A DNA stretch of 64,000 bases from Mizuhopecten yessoensis (taxonomy: Eukaryota): the NCBI RefSeq assembly GCF_002113885.1, contig NW_018408727.1, forward strand, positions 276,334 to 340,333, read 5' to 3'. Each line of letters opens with the position of its first letter. Position 1 is the stretch's first letter. The notes beneath the pieces were generated by a model, which was given only the letters and a program-made list of their open reading frames with translations, was not told the DNA's origin and ran no database searches. Of the stretch, positions 13,390-27,400 are shown piece after piece. The position numbers were made by a program, and so were the translations under genes.

Positions 13390-13516
13390 CGGGTGGGAGT
13401 GGGGTATGGGGTATAGGTGTGGGGATGAGGTTGTGGGGTATAGGGGTGGGAGTGGGATTGTGTGGTATATGGGGTGGGGGTGGGGTTGTGGGGTATAGGG
13501 GTATAGGGGTGAAGGG
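13390..13516 (+). repeat. G-rich low-complexity repeat (ggggtat/ggggtg), G-quadruplex-prone
   Basis: More than 12 runs of G3-G5 separated by short spacers. Confidence 0.8.
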
Positions 13517-13770
13517 AATGAATGTTACAAGAGCATACCACTAATAGTGCAGCAATCTGTGACCTCTTCCAGTACTGCAATGGCAATAAAACACACGATA
13601 CTAGAGATCAACATCGAACTAAAATACTCGATTAAAACCTGATTAAAAAAAGTAAATTATATAAACCTTTACTAAAATAAGACGATTGATATTAAATTAA
13701 ACAATAGGTTTAAGTTACAAAGCAGGAGCAGAGACATATATAAATACTAATGGTGTTATACGTCTCAGAA

Positions 13771-14005
13771 AGGTTTGGTTTGATTGTATCGGGTTTACCA
13801 ATATTAATAGCTCATAAATGTAAAGACGTACCTCCATGTGTGTAATGGTATGTGTGTTTCCTTGCAATTGGACTAGCGCGAATCTGAAGACTACCATATA
13901 GTGCTACCTCAATGAAATACCATGCCGAAGGTACCCAGAACAGTGTTCCATCCGGTCACATCATTTTGACAACGGGTTGATCAGCTGTTGCTATTACCCC
14001 AAATG
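13771..14005 (-). mobile_element. SINE fragment, same family as 54285-54588
   Basis: Reverse complement matches the core (gttgtcagtataatgtgaccgg...agcactat) and the (aaacc)n tail of the 54.3-kb copy. Confidence 0.75.
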
Positions 14006-14672
14006 CTTTAAACGTTTTGCAGGAAATGAAAAGTTACAAGCAAGTTTATCAGTTTGTTTGTATTTATAACGAAAAAAGTTTCTGGATTTCGCAACATGTA
14101 ACAGGAATGAATACATACATTAATTTACTAGATTGTAATACACTTAATTATAAATACATTGGCATTCACGAAGAAGAAATAAAACATAACTTGAATATAA
14201 TGTATATACAGTATCTAGAATAGCGCTTGACGTAAAGTATCCCTCTTTGTGAAATTTCATGTTTTTTTTAGTTTTGTTTTTGTTTTTGTATTTCATGAGT
14301 CGAATAATAAATTTATGTGTGCTGTGACCCATATCAGTATTACATATGTGTTTTTCAGACATTTGTAACGAACCCCTGTGATACACCCTTGTATTGACAG
14401 ACGATCGAGGCAAGAATTTACAGTTATCTCCCTTGTTATTTCAATTTTTGATTTTTGTAATTCTTAAAAAAAAACTGTTGTTATGTACGTTAGATTATGG
14501 CTCAAGGTGTTTTAAATTAATTTTGTGAAATTTCACACGACATTTTTTTGAAGATATAAAAATGACATGAAAGTAGATTGTTTCGGTTTCCCTGTTTCTT
14601 GCCACAATCCGGAGTTCTTGACTTGAACCAGTTTTAGTTTTAGTCCATTCTGAAAATGTAAACTCATCTGTC

Positions 14673-14682
14673 TGGCGCCAAA
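14673..14682 (-). promoter_or_regulatory. Putative E2F site (TTTGGCGCCA) in the likely SMC6 promoter
   Basis: Matches TTTSSCGC, about 750 bp upstream of the SMC6 ATG. The first coding exon begins at an acceptor (15417-15418), which implies an upstream non-coding exon. Confidence 0.3.
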
Positions 14683-15100
14683 CGACAGAAGTAGAACTGT
14701 TCATTTTCATCAAATGACGGCAATGACAAGACTCTGAACACGTAAAGTTTACATCAATTTAATTTCGAAATTCTATTTATGTTGAGCATGTTCCTATCAA
14801 ACAATGAAGTTTAATATGAAATAGCATTGGCTATTCCTGTTGAGAAATGGCGATCCAGATTATATTAGCAGTAGAAAGAATCAAATACAGGAATACTGTT
14901 GTATTGTTATTGGTTTTGTTCACATAACAGCCGCCACTGGTTACTTGTACACGTCTTCAGTGCTATGTTTCATGCGTGAGGACCCCTGTATGTGGCATGT
15001 GTTTAAACAAGAAAATGTATTGCAAAACTTCCTGGTTTTCACACGGAGAATATTCAAAATTAAAGCTTACAGAAAGAGACTCTCAGAAGTTTCAAAAATA

Positions 15101-15188
15101 TAGCAGACGATCACATGTCCGCCTCAAGTTCAGAGGTCCTAGGTTTGAGTTCTGGTCTATCCGTTCATTTCTCTTTCCCCATGTTACA
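15101..15188 (+). mobile_element. Degenerate solo LTR of the tRNA-like mini-LTR element at 51925-52304
   Basis: gaggtcctaggtttgagttctggtctatccgt...catgttaca resembles the 3' half and TGTTACA end of those LTRs. Confidence 0.5.
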
Positions 15189-15430
15189 TCATTATTTTTC
15201 ACTAATATACCAAGCCTTCTAAAAGCAGCTAGGTTTCCTTCAGCTCTGGCGCAGCACCTGGATCTTTTAAAATGTTGGCTGATTATATATATCTGGTAAA
15301 CTCAGTCTATGGTTACTGAGAGCATGCAACAGAAGTGTACGTGCTGTTGAGAATATTTTGGTTTATAAAACACACAAGATGTTCATTTATTTTTTAATTT
15401 TCAATATATTTTATGCAGGAAAAAACAAAT

Positions 15431-18400
15431 ATGTCAAAGCGTAAGGCAAGCAATGATGGAGGAGGAGAAAAGATCCCACGGAAGCGACAGGTTGTTGAGT
15501 CGGATGAAGATGAAATGGAGCAGAGCCAGGACATGGACCTGACCTGCCGAGCTGACTTTGATAAATCCTCGGTAAAATGGGGCTTGCGCTTATTTTGGTA
15601 GTCGAATTATTCTGACGTTGTATCGACTTTTTTATATCGGTCTGTCGTCGATTAATGTCAGAACTCTGGCCCTCTCTAATATGCAGGAAATAAGCGACCC
15701 GCGCCTGGGTCGTTCTTCAAACTGATATTTTAGAAACAAATCTTCAATTTCACACACATGTTGATCATGGAACGAAAGATCTATTCTTTATGCACTAGGT
15801 TGTATCAATAACATGTTTCAAAGACCATTACGATCAGTATTTTACAGCGTTTTCTATACAAACCAATGTTTTAAATGGAAATAAGGGCATGAGCAATGTC
15901 GCATTACTTGACAAGATCTCGCCTTACCGAAGGTATTTCCTAAGTTTATCGTGTGGGCCGTCAAGATTTTAGTCACGTGGCATTAGAAGGCGGGGCTATC
16001 TAAAAACGTAAAGTAAAACAGAGTAAGTCTGAAAAATCAGTGATTGCATTGGTTGTTTGAGGCATGTAATTTGTGTTCATCTTGTGCATAAATAATAGAT
16101 CTTTCGATCCATGTGGGACATGTGGGTGAAAGTGACGATTTGTTTCTAAAATATCAGTTTGAAGAGCGAACAAGGCGCGGGTTGCTTATTTCCCGCATAC
16201 TATAGTAGGCTGGAGTTCTGACGTTAATCGACGACAGGCCGATATAAAAAAAAGTCGATAAAACGTCAGAATAATTGGACTAGATGCTTATGTGGTTTAT
16301 CTGGATAAAAGTCATGTAGGATTAAAGTTATCAGTTACTGGATACATTTTATTTGAGAGCCCCTTCTTTGTCTCCACAGGGAGAAGCAGATATTGGTATT
16401 GTGGAAAAGATTAACCTACGGAACTTCATGTGTCACCATCGACTAGATATCACCCTGGGACCACATGTCAATTTCCTCATGGGACGAAATGGAAGTAAGT
16501 CATGTACATGTATATCCGCAAGTTTAGACGTTAATTTATTTTTAAATATCAAGCTTGCAAATTGTACAATTTTTCTGAAATAAATATAAACAAATGCATG
16601 ACTTTATATGTAGTGATGTATAAGGTTATATTGGTTTTCTTGTTGCAACAGAGTATATATATTCCTGACTTTGTTCTGTTCAGGTGGCAAAAGTGCAGTG
16701 ATCACTGCTTTAGTGGTTGGGCTCGGTGGGAAGGCTAATGTCACGAGTAGGGGAAACACTATCAAGAGTTTCATTAAAACTGGAAAACAGTAAGTAGTCC
16801 TACAGACAGATAGGCCACTGTCTACAGAATAACGGAGCGTACATTAATTTACAGTGATGTCATATTTAAGGAATAAATACCACACAATCACTGTATGAAT
16901 GATTTTCATGTGTACATGAAAAGCTTTAACATTTCAAAGTTTCTCTATCTTGAATCACAAATTATCAAATGATTTCAGATCTTCATGTACCTCATCTTCA
17001 AAGAGTGTCATGATCAGCTAGTTATTTGTTTGGTTATAATTGCTAATTCACTGAATAAATAAATACTTTATCCTTTTCAGAGATGAAGTATTTATTAAAT
17101 TCAATACTCATCATTTTACTCTTGCCCAGCCAGCAGACAAGAGCGTTAATTTGATGTTTATTAGTGTTTGTAACACTTGCATATATATATAATAAACTTG
17201 ACTCTTCTCCAAGACTTTTTGTATACACGATTAAACATTCAAAACAGCAAAACTTAAAATAAAAATATCTTGCAATTATTGATTTAAAAATGTATCTGTC
17301 ATTGTCCTTATCATGATTTCAAATTGTCGTATCGTGAAGCCTGATTCAGGCACTTAATTGAATCGTCACATATTATATAAATTTGTAAATGCTGATATTC
17401 ACAGGACTGCAGAAGTGATGATAAAGTTGAGGAATCGTGGTCCAGATGCTTACAAACATGAAGAGTATGGCAACTCTATCATAGTGGAGCGCAAGTTTGC
17501 CAGGGATGGTGGAAGTCATTATAGACTGAAATCTGAAGATGGTGAGTCGACGTCTCTGTCACAGTATATCTCGCAATTCAAATATTCGTAATGTTTTAGT
17601 TCACAGCTGTTGTACAACCTATACAAATGTATTATGATTTGACCTCTTGGCGACACTTTTCACAAAGAAATCAGAAACCAGGGCATAACAAACAATGTAT
17701 AAAAACAGGCTTACACAAAATTTTGATCAGTAGTTTTAGGATTTTTAAAACACAACTTCGTAAAAAAAATCAGCTGAGAATCAGAAAATACTAATATTAT
17801 AGAAAATGTAAATCACAACAGTTAAGCTTGAAGCTGATTTTGTATTTCTGTTTCCATTTTCCATTAAAATACAATATTGGATTGTTGTTTTGATATGGAT
17901 AGTTCTTAATATGAGATTAATTATGAACGTACTACTTATACCATTCTGCCTCGTTGAACTAACAAGTGACCGATTGCAGTGAGGGCCTCCCTTCACTATT
18001 TACACTGAATGGTCAGAATTGTCAGCCTTTAGTTTAGATGCACTAATTTATAGATAAATTCACAATGTTAACACGAAACAACAGTGTTATTTGGCTCTAA
18101 ATCATGTCATTAAAATTCATCAATTTTCAGCAGAGAGGTGGTGGCTATTGATTAGTTTGGGGGCCAAAACAAATGTTTGTTGTGTTCCATGGTGTTGTGC
18201 TCAAGGTCAGGGTCAGTTACTGCAAAGTATGCATTGTTAGTGTTTGTGTAGGGAGATGATTGCTCAGGTTGTAAGGTCACTGATAAAGAAGCCTTTTCGT
18301 TGTGTAGTTGGACAGTCAGACTGATTACTACGATCTGATTGTATGAAATGTAATAATGGTTTATGTTCTGTTATGTAGGTCGAGTGATATCACAGAAGCG

Positions 18401-21400
18401 TGAAGATTTGACTTACATTCTGGACCAATTTAACATTCAAGTTGACAATCCGGTATCAATCCTTAATCAGGACACAAGTAGAAACTTCCTCAACTCCAAA
18501 AGTCCTCACGACAAATACAAGGTAGGTTTGGACAAAAGTTGTAACTTCAGCTCTGAAAGTCCTTTTATTGATTACAAAGTAAGTATGGTCAGCCAAACTT
18601 CCTCATCTCCGAAAGTCCTCATAACAACTCATAAAGTCATGACAATCTGGACTTCTTCAGCTCCAAAAGTCCTTATGACTAGTACTAGTGAGGTATAGAC
18701 ACAAATCATATCTTCCTCATCGAAGGACTCGGGTAATAAAGAACTTGAACTTGATCCTCATTCCCAAAATCCTTGGTATTAAGTTCAATAGCTACCCTGG
18801 CAGTTTGTACACTTCAGTTCCAAGTGACTTCATACATATTTTGTTATTACAGTGCACCGTTATGTTAATTCATTCTCTGAATATTTTGGTTTAAATGTTT
18901 ATATTCAATTATTAGTACATTTCAATAGGACAGTCAAGTGTCACTGAAATGGTGTCTTAGACATTTGTATTAGTCTCACTTCAAAGAAAATCAACAAATA
19001 TTAATTGTGTGACACAGTTTGGAACAAAAAGTGTTTTCGTAAACCAAAAAATATTGCTACTTGACCTTATAGAAATATTGAGTGCCAGCAGATATATATT
19101 GAGACAGTGTTTCTAAGCAATTTTATCAATATGGATGGTAGATTTGTAACAAAACAGTATTTGTTGTTAAACAGTTTTTCCTGAAGGCTACTCAGCTGGA
19201 ACAAATGAAGATGGACTATTCTATGGCCAACGAACAGAAGGAAATTACCCGTGAAATCATAGAAAAAAAAGAACAGGTAAAACCAATGGCTTTCAAACGA
19301 AACCGCTTTCTTATTATTTTATTGTGCAATTATTTTTTTTTAGCCCTACTGTTGTATTGAACTGGTATTTGGTTTTACAAAAAGGAAATTGATTTCAGAT
19401 GTTTAAAAAGTGTTTTAATGTTTTGTCAGTTGTTAAAGAAAATTATAGATAGCAGGCAGATGTCAATGAAACGTGACTAATTTTAAAACAATTTCATATT
19501 GTTATAATGTAATTGTACAGTGTACAAAAAAGTAGGTTGCAGATAATTTTCACTTTACTTAAACAGGATTTTTGTCCTTTTTTTAAATTTCTCCATTGGA
19601 AAGTAGAAAAAAATTACTTGCATTTGTTAAGAGTGATAACATTGTAAATATTACAGTCTCTGCCAATACTAGAGAGGGAGGTACTCGATTGGGAACAAAA
19701 GTACAAATCTCTGACAGCTATCAAGGAACTGCAGAACAAGATCAAAGAGCTCAAGGACAGTATGGCCTGGGCCTTTGTCATGGAGAAAGAGAGAGTAAGT
19801 TGTTGGTTTTTGCCTAGTCTGGCCCTTGGCAATGGAGAAGAAAAATGTTAATTGAGAGCTTCAGTCTAGCTTAAGCCTTTGTCATGGAGGAAGCTTTAAG
19901 GTATATTCTTCTGTTTAGCCTTAGGTTTAGGTTTTGTTATGGAGGAAAGGGGAAATTGTTAGTTTTAGTCTAGTCTGGGTCATTGCCAGTTTTAGGCTTC
20001 AGTCTAGTCTAAACCATTGTCATGTAGGAAACATTAAGTTATGGGCGTTTTGATAAATATATACAATTTTGAGAAACACAATAAGGTCACGAAGGTTCAC
20101 ACAGTATAACATTGGTAAACAATAGGTGTGCTATGGGAGAGAAATATGTCATAGCAAAAGATAGGAGTGTTTCCTCAGCTTTCCTTAGCAGAAGATATAA
20201 AAGAATATGCTCAATTCTGTAGGCGGTCCTTGATATTGCAGTGGGATGAAGATGGTTTGGTTTGGTTTGTTTGTGTCTTCCCTCCTTTCAACAGCTATAA
20301 TCATTTAAGGATATGCCAGATTTTGATGGTCGAGAAAAGCCAGAGTACCCAGAGAAAAACACCGACCTTTGGCCAGTGGGGAAAAAGAAGGTCATATGTT
20401 TCCCTTGAACCTAGAGGGAATATGATATGGGCTTCAATTTGGTCCAAAATTTTGGAAAAGGAGACAGTTGTGTGTTACAGAGTTGCCATGGAGAAGTACA
20501 AATTAGTAGCCTTCAGTTGGTCTTGGACTTTTGTCATGTTTTGATTTCATCATACAGGAGTTAAAAAGAGGAGTTTCATTTTGGTGACAATGTTTAAAGC
20601 TACCATTGGAAGTGTGGAATCATTACTGATACATTGTATATGTGGGCTTTCCGGTCAATATATCATATTCTTTAACTCCTTTACTCAGATGGTTATACAT
20701 ATACATCATATAAAAATGTTTCTGTTGTATATTAATTTTATTTAAACCTGTTGTAGGGCCTCCAGCCACTGACGAAGGAGCTACAACAGGAAGAGAGCAG
20801 GCTACCCAAGTTTATACAGAAGGTGGATGAGGCAAAGGTAACTATAGTGCCTTACGCAATGGATTTGTCACAAAATCCTTAAGAGTAACAGCTGAAGGTT
20901 TCATATTTAAATAACTGTTGAAATGATCTTCATAATTAAAATGAAATTTATCTAGACACTACCGAAGAATGTTTTCTTAAAAAAAAAAAGTAAAATATTA
21001 TTCAGCTGTTTTAACACATTGAACCAGATGCACATCATAGACTGTGTTTCAGTGTGTAGATGATAATTAAGCTAGAACTTAGAACTGGTTGATTTATTGA
21101 AAGAGTCACTCTGTCGTCACTATGTGATACTTGTATCCATGTTACAATATGTATTTTTGCTTACTGTGAACAATATGTATTTTTGCTTACTGTGAACAAA
21201 GTGGTTGTGAACCCATTAGATGGTACAGTTTCATATGTTGTCTAAACTTTTCCTTGATAAACTACGACGTAGGACTGAAGTCATGAAGTTTGACTCGTAA
21301 TTTGTTAGGGCAGAGGAGTATTGAGTTTGTTCAAATGAATTACCGTTATTTACTTTCAAGGTCAGTAGCCAAAAGTGTCAAAGACTTACTCAATTCTTAT

Positions 21401-24400
21401 ACCAAACGATGCAGCACAAAGTAATAAATATTTGTCATGTGACTTTCTGGGTTGAAGCACTATTGAGCTCGTTCTAAGGACTGGGTTGAAGCACTATTGA
21501 GCTCGTTCTAAGGACTGGGTCGAAGCACTATTGAGCTCGTTCTAAGGACTGGGTTGAAGCACTATTGAGCTCGTTTTAAGTAATGATCTTGATTATATGA
21601 AAGTCAGAGGGATCAAATAACAAATGTATTGAAACTTCAACAACTTGTTCAAATTTGTGAGGCCTAGAATAGTGATGATGTGTTGGAATGAGTTTCCCTA
21701 TCAGTGTCACAAAAATTGATATGTTCAAAAGGAAAAGTGCATAGATGAAGGATTCAAGCATTGTACATGACATTGTATCCATACTACCAATCAATTGTAT
21801 AATTCATGTTTCCAGACCAAGGTGGACAAGTGTGTTCAGCGACAGAAGGACATCCAAGAGCAGCTTAAGACAATGAGTGATGAGGTACAGGACCTCAAGC
21901 CAACATACGACTCGGCTAAGAAAGAGGTCAACGAAAAAAAAGGGGTGGCCAGAAATTCACAAAACGATCTCAAGAAGGTTGAGAGCTATTTGAGGAAGGT
22001 ACAAAAAGACAGAACTCTCCTTCAAGAAAAGATCAAGGAGATTCAGAAAAGGTAAGAATGATATTGGCATCTTTAACATTTATGTGACTACATGTATTAT
22101 CTTGTGCTGGTTGTTATGTAATTTAATTCCAAGAGGAAGTTAGACATTAAAGATTTGTTTCATTTCCTTGTCTTTCCACCTTATATACCATTGTGTGATT
22201 GACTAAACACAATTACCACTAGTTCTTAACCCCAAAATCCCAATGAAAGGTTCACTCTTTACCAGACTCGTGTTAGCTACTCTACATGAGGTACTTCGAT
22301 AACAGTTCCTACATATTTACATTATTGCTAGATGTTTTGTTTGACATCAGAACTATCCTCTCGATGTCAATGTCTGTTGTTCTGATGTGCAATGGAACTA
22401 TACAAATATATGTCAAAAAGTACAAAATGCTTCAACTTTCCTAGCCGTAATGACGATGTTGTCTTATATCTGTGACCAGTGCCCAGCGTGATTACGAGTC
22501 GGAGAGGAAGACGAGGGAGTCAAAGATAAAGCGTAAGGAAGACGAGGTCGATGACTGGAAAGCACAACTGGCGACAACAGAACACCAGCAGGCCCAGTAC
22601 CGAAGTGCTATCTCCCAGGCCAAACAGAACGAATACACACTCCAGTCAGTATTATGTGGTTAAGGTTTTCAGACCAACTTAAGTTTTTTACAAATACTAA
22701 AAAATGATTATATGTAGCAACAAAAAGTGAAATGTACCAAATTCCTTTATCATTATTTTCTAGCATTTTATTGTAAAATTGGTAGAAAGTTTACGAAATA
22801 AAAGAAACATAGTTGTTACTAGTTATAACTTGAAAAAATGTTATTTTCTGAACCACTTCATGTCCTTATACTAGGGTAAACTACAGAATTCTAGATCAGT
22901 AATTTATGTATTAACCTTTGTCAGTTATTTTAGACTTTATAATCAACAAATACCTCAAATCAATACATGTATCACAATTTTCTAAAATCACTAACTTAAC
23001 CCTTGTCCCAGAACTGAGCAACAGACTATAGAAACAAGGGCGAGGCAGATCAAGAAGGACTTACAGAACCTTTGTGAAGCCAAGAAGGACAACATCCGCC
23101 GGTTTGGGGCCTACATGCCTACACTGCTACAGCACATCGAGGAGCGCTGTCGTCGCCATCAGTTTCACCGCCGACCAGTCGGCCCAATAGGTGAACAATC
23201 CATTTGTACAGTTGTTTTGTAGTGTGAGAAAAAGTACCAACAATATGCTCCAGTGTAATGTTACTTATAAAGAAGCTAATATGATATTTATGTTTCATCA
23301 GGATTTTTATAATGTTTTTACTCCCTATTAGAAGGAGGTACCTATTGTTCTGTGATTTTCTAGGTTTGTTGGTATACTATGCATCAGTTTACTTCTAATG
23401 GAGTTCAATGAGGTTTCAAAAGGTGACATTGTGTTAAAAATACCACAATTTTGTGTATACAAGATGCAACATTTTGCAGACAATTTTGTTGCTGGATTAT
23501 GGTGACAGATATTGATGATTTCAAAATGAGGATATATTATAGCGATGTGAAATTGTACTCAAACTTGTTTTGTGTTTAGATAGAAAAAAACACATATGTA
23601 GTGCGGTGTTAGATATCTGGTAAGATTGTTATGATCGAATTGTCAGGGAAAGAAAGTGATGTATACCATATATTACTTTTGTCAAGCCCAGGAGGTAAAA
23701 TACTTCAAAAATAGAACAGGTGTGAGCTTGTAACTGATAAAGGTGAGAACATGCACCTAACATAGGTGTGGACTTGTAACTTACAAGTAAGATTGATTTA
23801 TCACAGAGTACATTTTTTGGTAAAAAAGAGTTAGTTGGGCATATATATTTGAAAAAAAAAATCAAAAAATTGTTCTGTGAGTTTTATTTATAATTAAGAT
23901 AGATATATCTTTTTTTAACAAAGATAAAAAAAAGAAATGAAACAAAGATCAATTATGTATGGATTTCTTTTTTACTTCAGGTTCGTGTTTCAAGTTAACA
24001 GACATGGAGTGGGCATTTGCTGTAGAGCGGTGCCTGGGAAACCTTATACATGCATTTTGCTGTCACGACCACCATGATGAGGCAATTTTGGAGAAGATCT
24101 TTGACGATGTTTGTCCTGAGCGACAGCGGCCATCCATTATTGTCTCTGCTTTCAAGGTATGAAATAAGATTTTTATATAATTTTACAATGTTCTTCTAGT
24201 ACTTGTTACAGACGTATTGGTCCATGTTGGCATCGAGATGTGTCTGATATTTGTTGTTTCGATCCAAGGAAATTAATTTGCTCTCACATTTCAAGAGTCA
24301 TACACAGTCTAATAGGCATTGAAAAATACATGAATTCTTGAAGGAGAATTGAAAAAAGCTTGCATGTCATTTTTGGTAATAAGAATGTACTGAGAAATTT

Positions 24401-27400
24401 TACGGCATTTTTTGCCTTCCCAACACTCTTCACTTGAAATATATGAACATTGCAGTTTCAGCAATTTTTATTGAGGAGGGGTTATTAATCAACCTGTTCC
24501 TAGTACAATTTTAGATAAATATGTTGGTGTAACCCTAAGCAAAGCCTGGTGGGGTGAAATAGATTGTTTTTTTTCTGGAATACCTGATTAAAAGATTATG
24601 TGCATCAGATTGTTAAATGTGGACATTACTAACGTCAGCCTGTTTCCTTTTCAGGACCAAAAGCATAATGTTAGCCGAGGAGTAAGTAACATGTTACAAT
24701 GAAAAATATTTTCCTGAAAAAACATAAATATAGAGATATTTAACACTGTGCATGCACTTAACATTATTATTTCTTAATTAGTACATGGAAAATTATAACA
24801 TTTTTATGAAACATTGTTTATATATCAAGCTAGTGGTCCAGAAGTAATATTTTCACTTGTTTCTTTATATGTTACAATGACATAGAAACAAGTTGTAAAA
24901 TTATCCTTATTTGATATTTCTAGAGGACAACTGAATGACTGTTAGTGATACTTTTATTTAACCCTGTACAAATATTGAGCCAGTGGAATAGTTAATGCTT
25001 TAATGTGTTATTTTTATGTTAACTTGAAAACAAGTGGCAAATTTACCAATTGAAATCTTTCGAAAGTCTGTTAAGATATATTTACACAATATATTGTTAT
25101 ATGTTATCTACACACTGTTTGAAGTCTCTTCAGTGAAACTTATTTGCTTTAAATGTACATGAAACTGTGTGTGATTTTCATCTCAATGGTGGGTATAGGG
25201 GATAATGACAAAGGTTAAGGTTGAAATGAAGTTATCAGCTCTGAATTCGCAGTAGTTACATGTATTTATTGTGTCAGGGTTACCTTATGTATGTATATAA
25301 ACAAGTGAACACTTGTATGTTGTAGCGGGTGACCGGGACCCAGTACAAGGCTGTGGTTGATGTGCTGGAAATCACTGACCCTGTCACTTTTAACTGCCTC
25401 ATTGATCAGGTAATACAGTGTTACAGTGACAGGTGTGTTAACTCGCCTAGTCAAAGGCCAAACCAGGTAATACAGTGTTACAGTGATAAGTGTGTTAACT
25501 CACCGAGTCAAAGGCCAATCCAGGTAATACTGTGTTACAGGGACAAGTGTGTTCACTCACCTAGACAAAAGCCAATCCAGGATACTGTGTTACAGTGACA
25601 AGTATGTTAACTCGCCTAGTCAAAGGCCAATCCAGGTTATGCTGTGTTACAGTGACAAGTGTGTTAACTCGCCTAGTCAAAGGCCAATCCAGGTAATACT
25701 GTGTTACAGTGACAAGTGTGTTCACTCACCTAGACAAAAGCCAATCCAGGTTATACTGTGTTACAGTGACTAGTGTGTTAACTCACCTAGTCAAAGGCCA
25801 ATCCAGGTAATACTGTGTTACAGTGACAAGGGCGTTAACTCACCTAGTCAAAGGCCAATCCAGGTAATATAGTGTTACAGTGACCAGTGTGTTAATTCAC
25901 CTAGTCAAAGGCCAATCCAGGTAATACAGTGTTACAGTGACAGTGTGTTAACTCACCTAGTCAAAGGTCAATCCAGGTAATACTGTGTTACAGTGACTAG
26001 TGTGTTAACTCACCTAGTCAAAGGCCAATCCAGGTTATACTGTGGCGTTTTGTCAACTGTTTTTTTAAGGATCCCTGTACCACTGCCAAAAACTGTAATT
26101 GAGGGTTGAAAACTTGTTTTTTCAGCAGGACTAATAATTCATCTCTGTAAAGCAAACCATAACTTAAAGGACTTCTATGAGAAGTGATAAAGATTAAATT
26201 ATTAAAATATAATTAACAACAGGGTTCTGAATGTAAAAAGAAAATCAACGGGGTTAGACTCAGAATTGAACCTTGAACTAGAGATTGTTGTATTATCACT
26301 CTAACCAATAGAGCTACCTCGTCAACGGAAGTGTCCTGGCCCAACTGTGCTACAGTTATATACAAACGAAAGTTAGGGGGAGGTTACTGTTTATAGGGAA
26401 AATCCACAGGAACAGGTGGGTAATAGTGGTTAATAGTTAGATTTAACTGGATATTATAAGAAACATCCCTTTGCCAAAGAAATTCAATCATGAATTAAGA
26501 AAAGGAAGTTACCCTTCTTTTGATGATTGAAGATTTTTTTTTAACTTAAGCTGTGGAACAGGGGCCAGGTCCTGTAATTACAAACTCATTTTTATTCAGG
26601 CTCATCATTGAACTCTTGTTTTATGTTGTAGAGGGGAGTAGAATGCATTCTCCTTATCAAAGACAACAGGATTGCTCGTGATGTAATGGATCCTGATAAA
26701 AGGCCAGGACCACCTAAGTTCTGCAGAGAGGTGATTATTTATTTTACAAAACATGTTTATGTACACAGTTGACCTGATTTAACAGTGTACAGTTATAAAT
26801 GGAGTGTATGCTGGTGTCGGACCTGATGTAACAGAATTAATTTACAAATGGCCTTGAGCCAGCAGCATACGCTATATTAGATCAAAATGCAGGCCTAGTC
26901 CACAAGAGAGCAATAGTCTGGGCTAAGGTTCCAACAAATCTTTTGCTGCCCGAAAAAAAAAAGTAAAAGCTTTGTATTAAAAAAAAACTGCTTTCACTAC
27001 TATAGGATACTCGTGTTGTTTGTCAAAAAATCCATTGTTATTCTTGCAGGTAATTGCTGCAATGTTGATGTCGAATTTAACATGTCAACATATAAAAAGG
27101 ACATGTAACAAGAAAATCTGCAAAATGTCATCACACTTTTACCTACAGTAGACTAACTGTCCCTTTCTGGTCATCTTTTCACCATTTTGGACTGGTCAAC
27201 AGTGCACTTTCTGTTTAGAAAGTAGAAGCATTGTAAACATTGTGTAATTTTACTATAAAAATGGAGTATTTTGTAAATACATGTATATAACAAATGTATG
27301 ATATATGCTAACAGGCATTTACCGCAGACGGCGACCAGCTGTACTGTCACCCCTCCCTCCGGTACTACTCCTCCAGGGGTGGTCGTGCCCGCTTCCTCTC

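Noticed and set aside
13248-13586. Pro/His-rich and Gly-rich ORFs
   Set aside because: Translations of the G-rich low-complexity tract.
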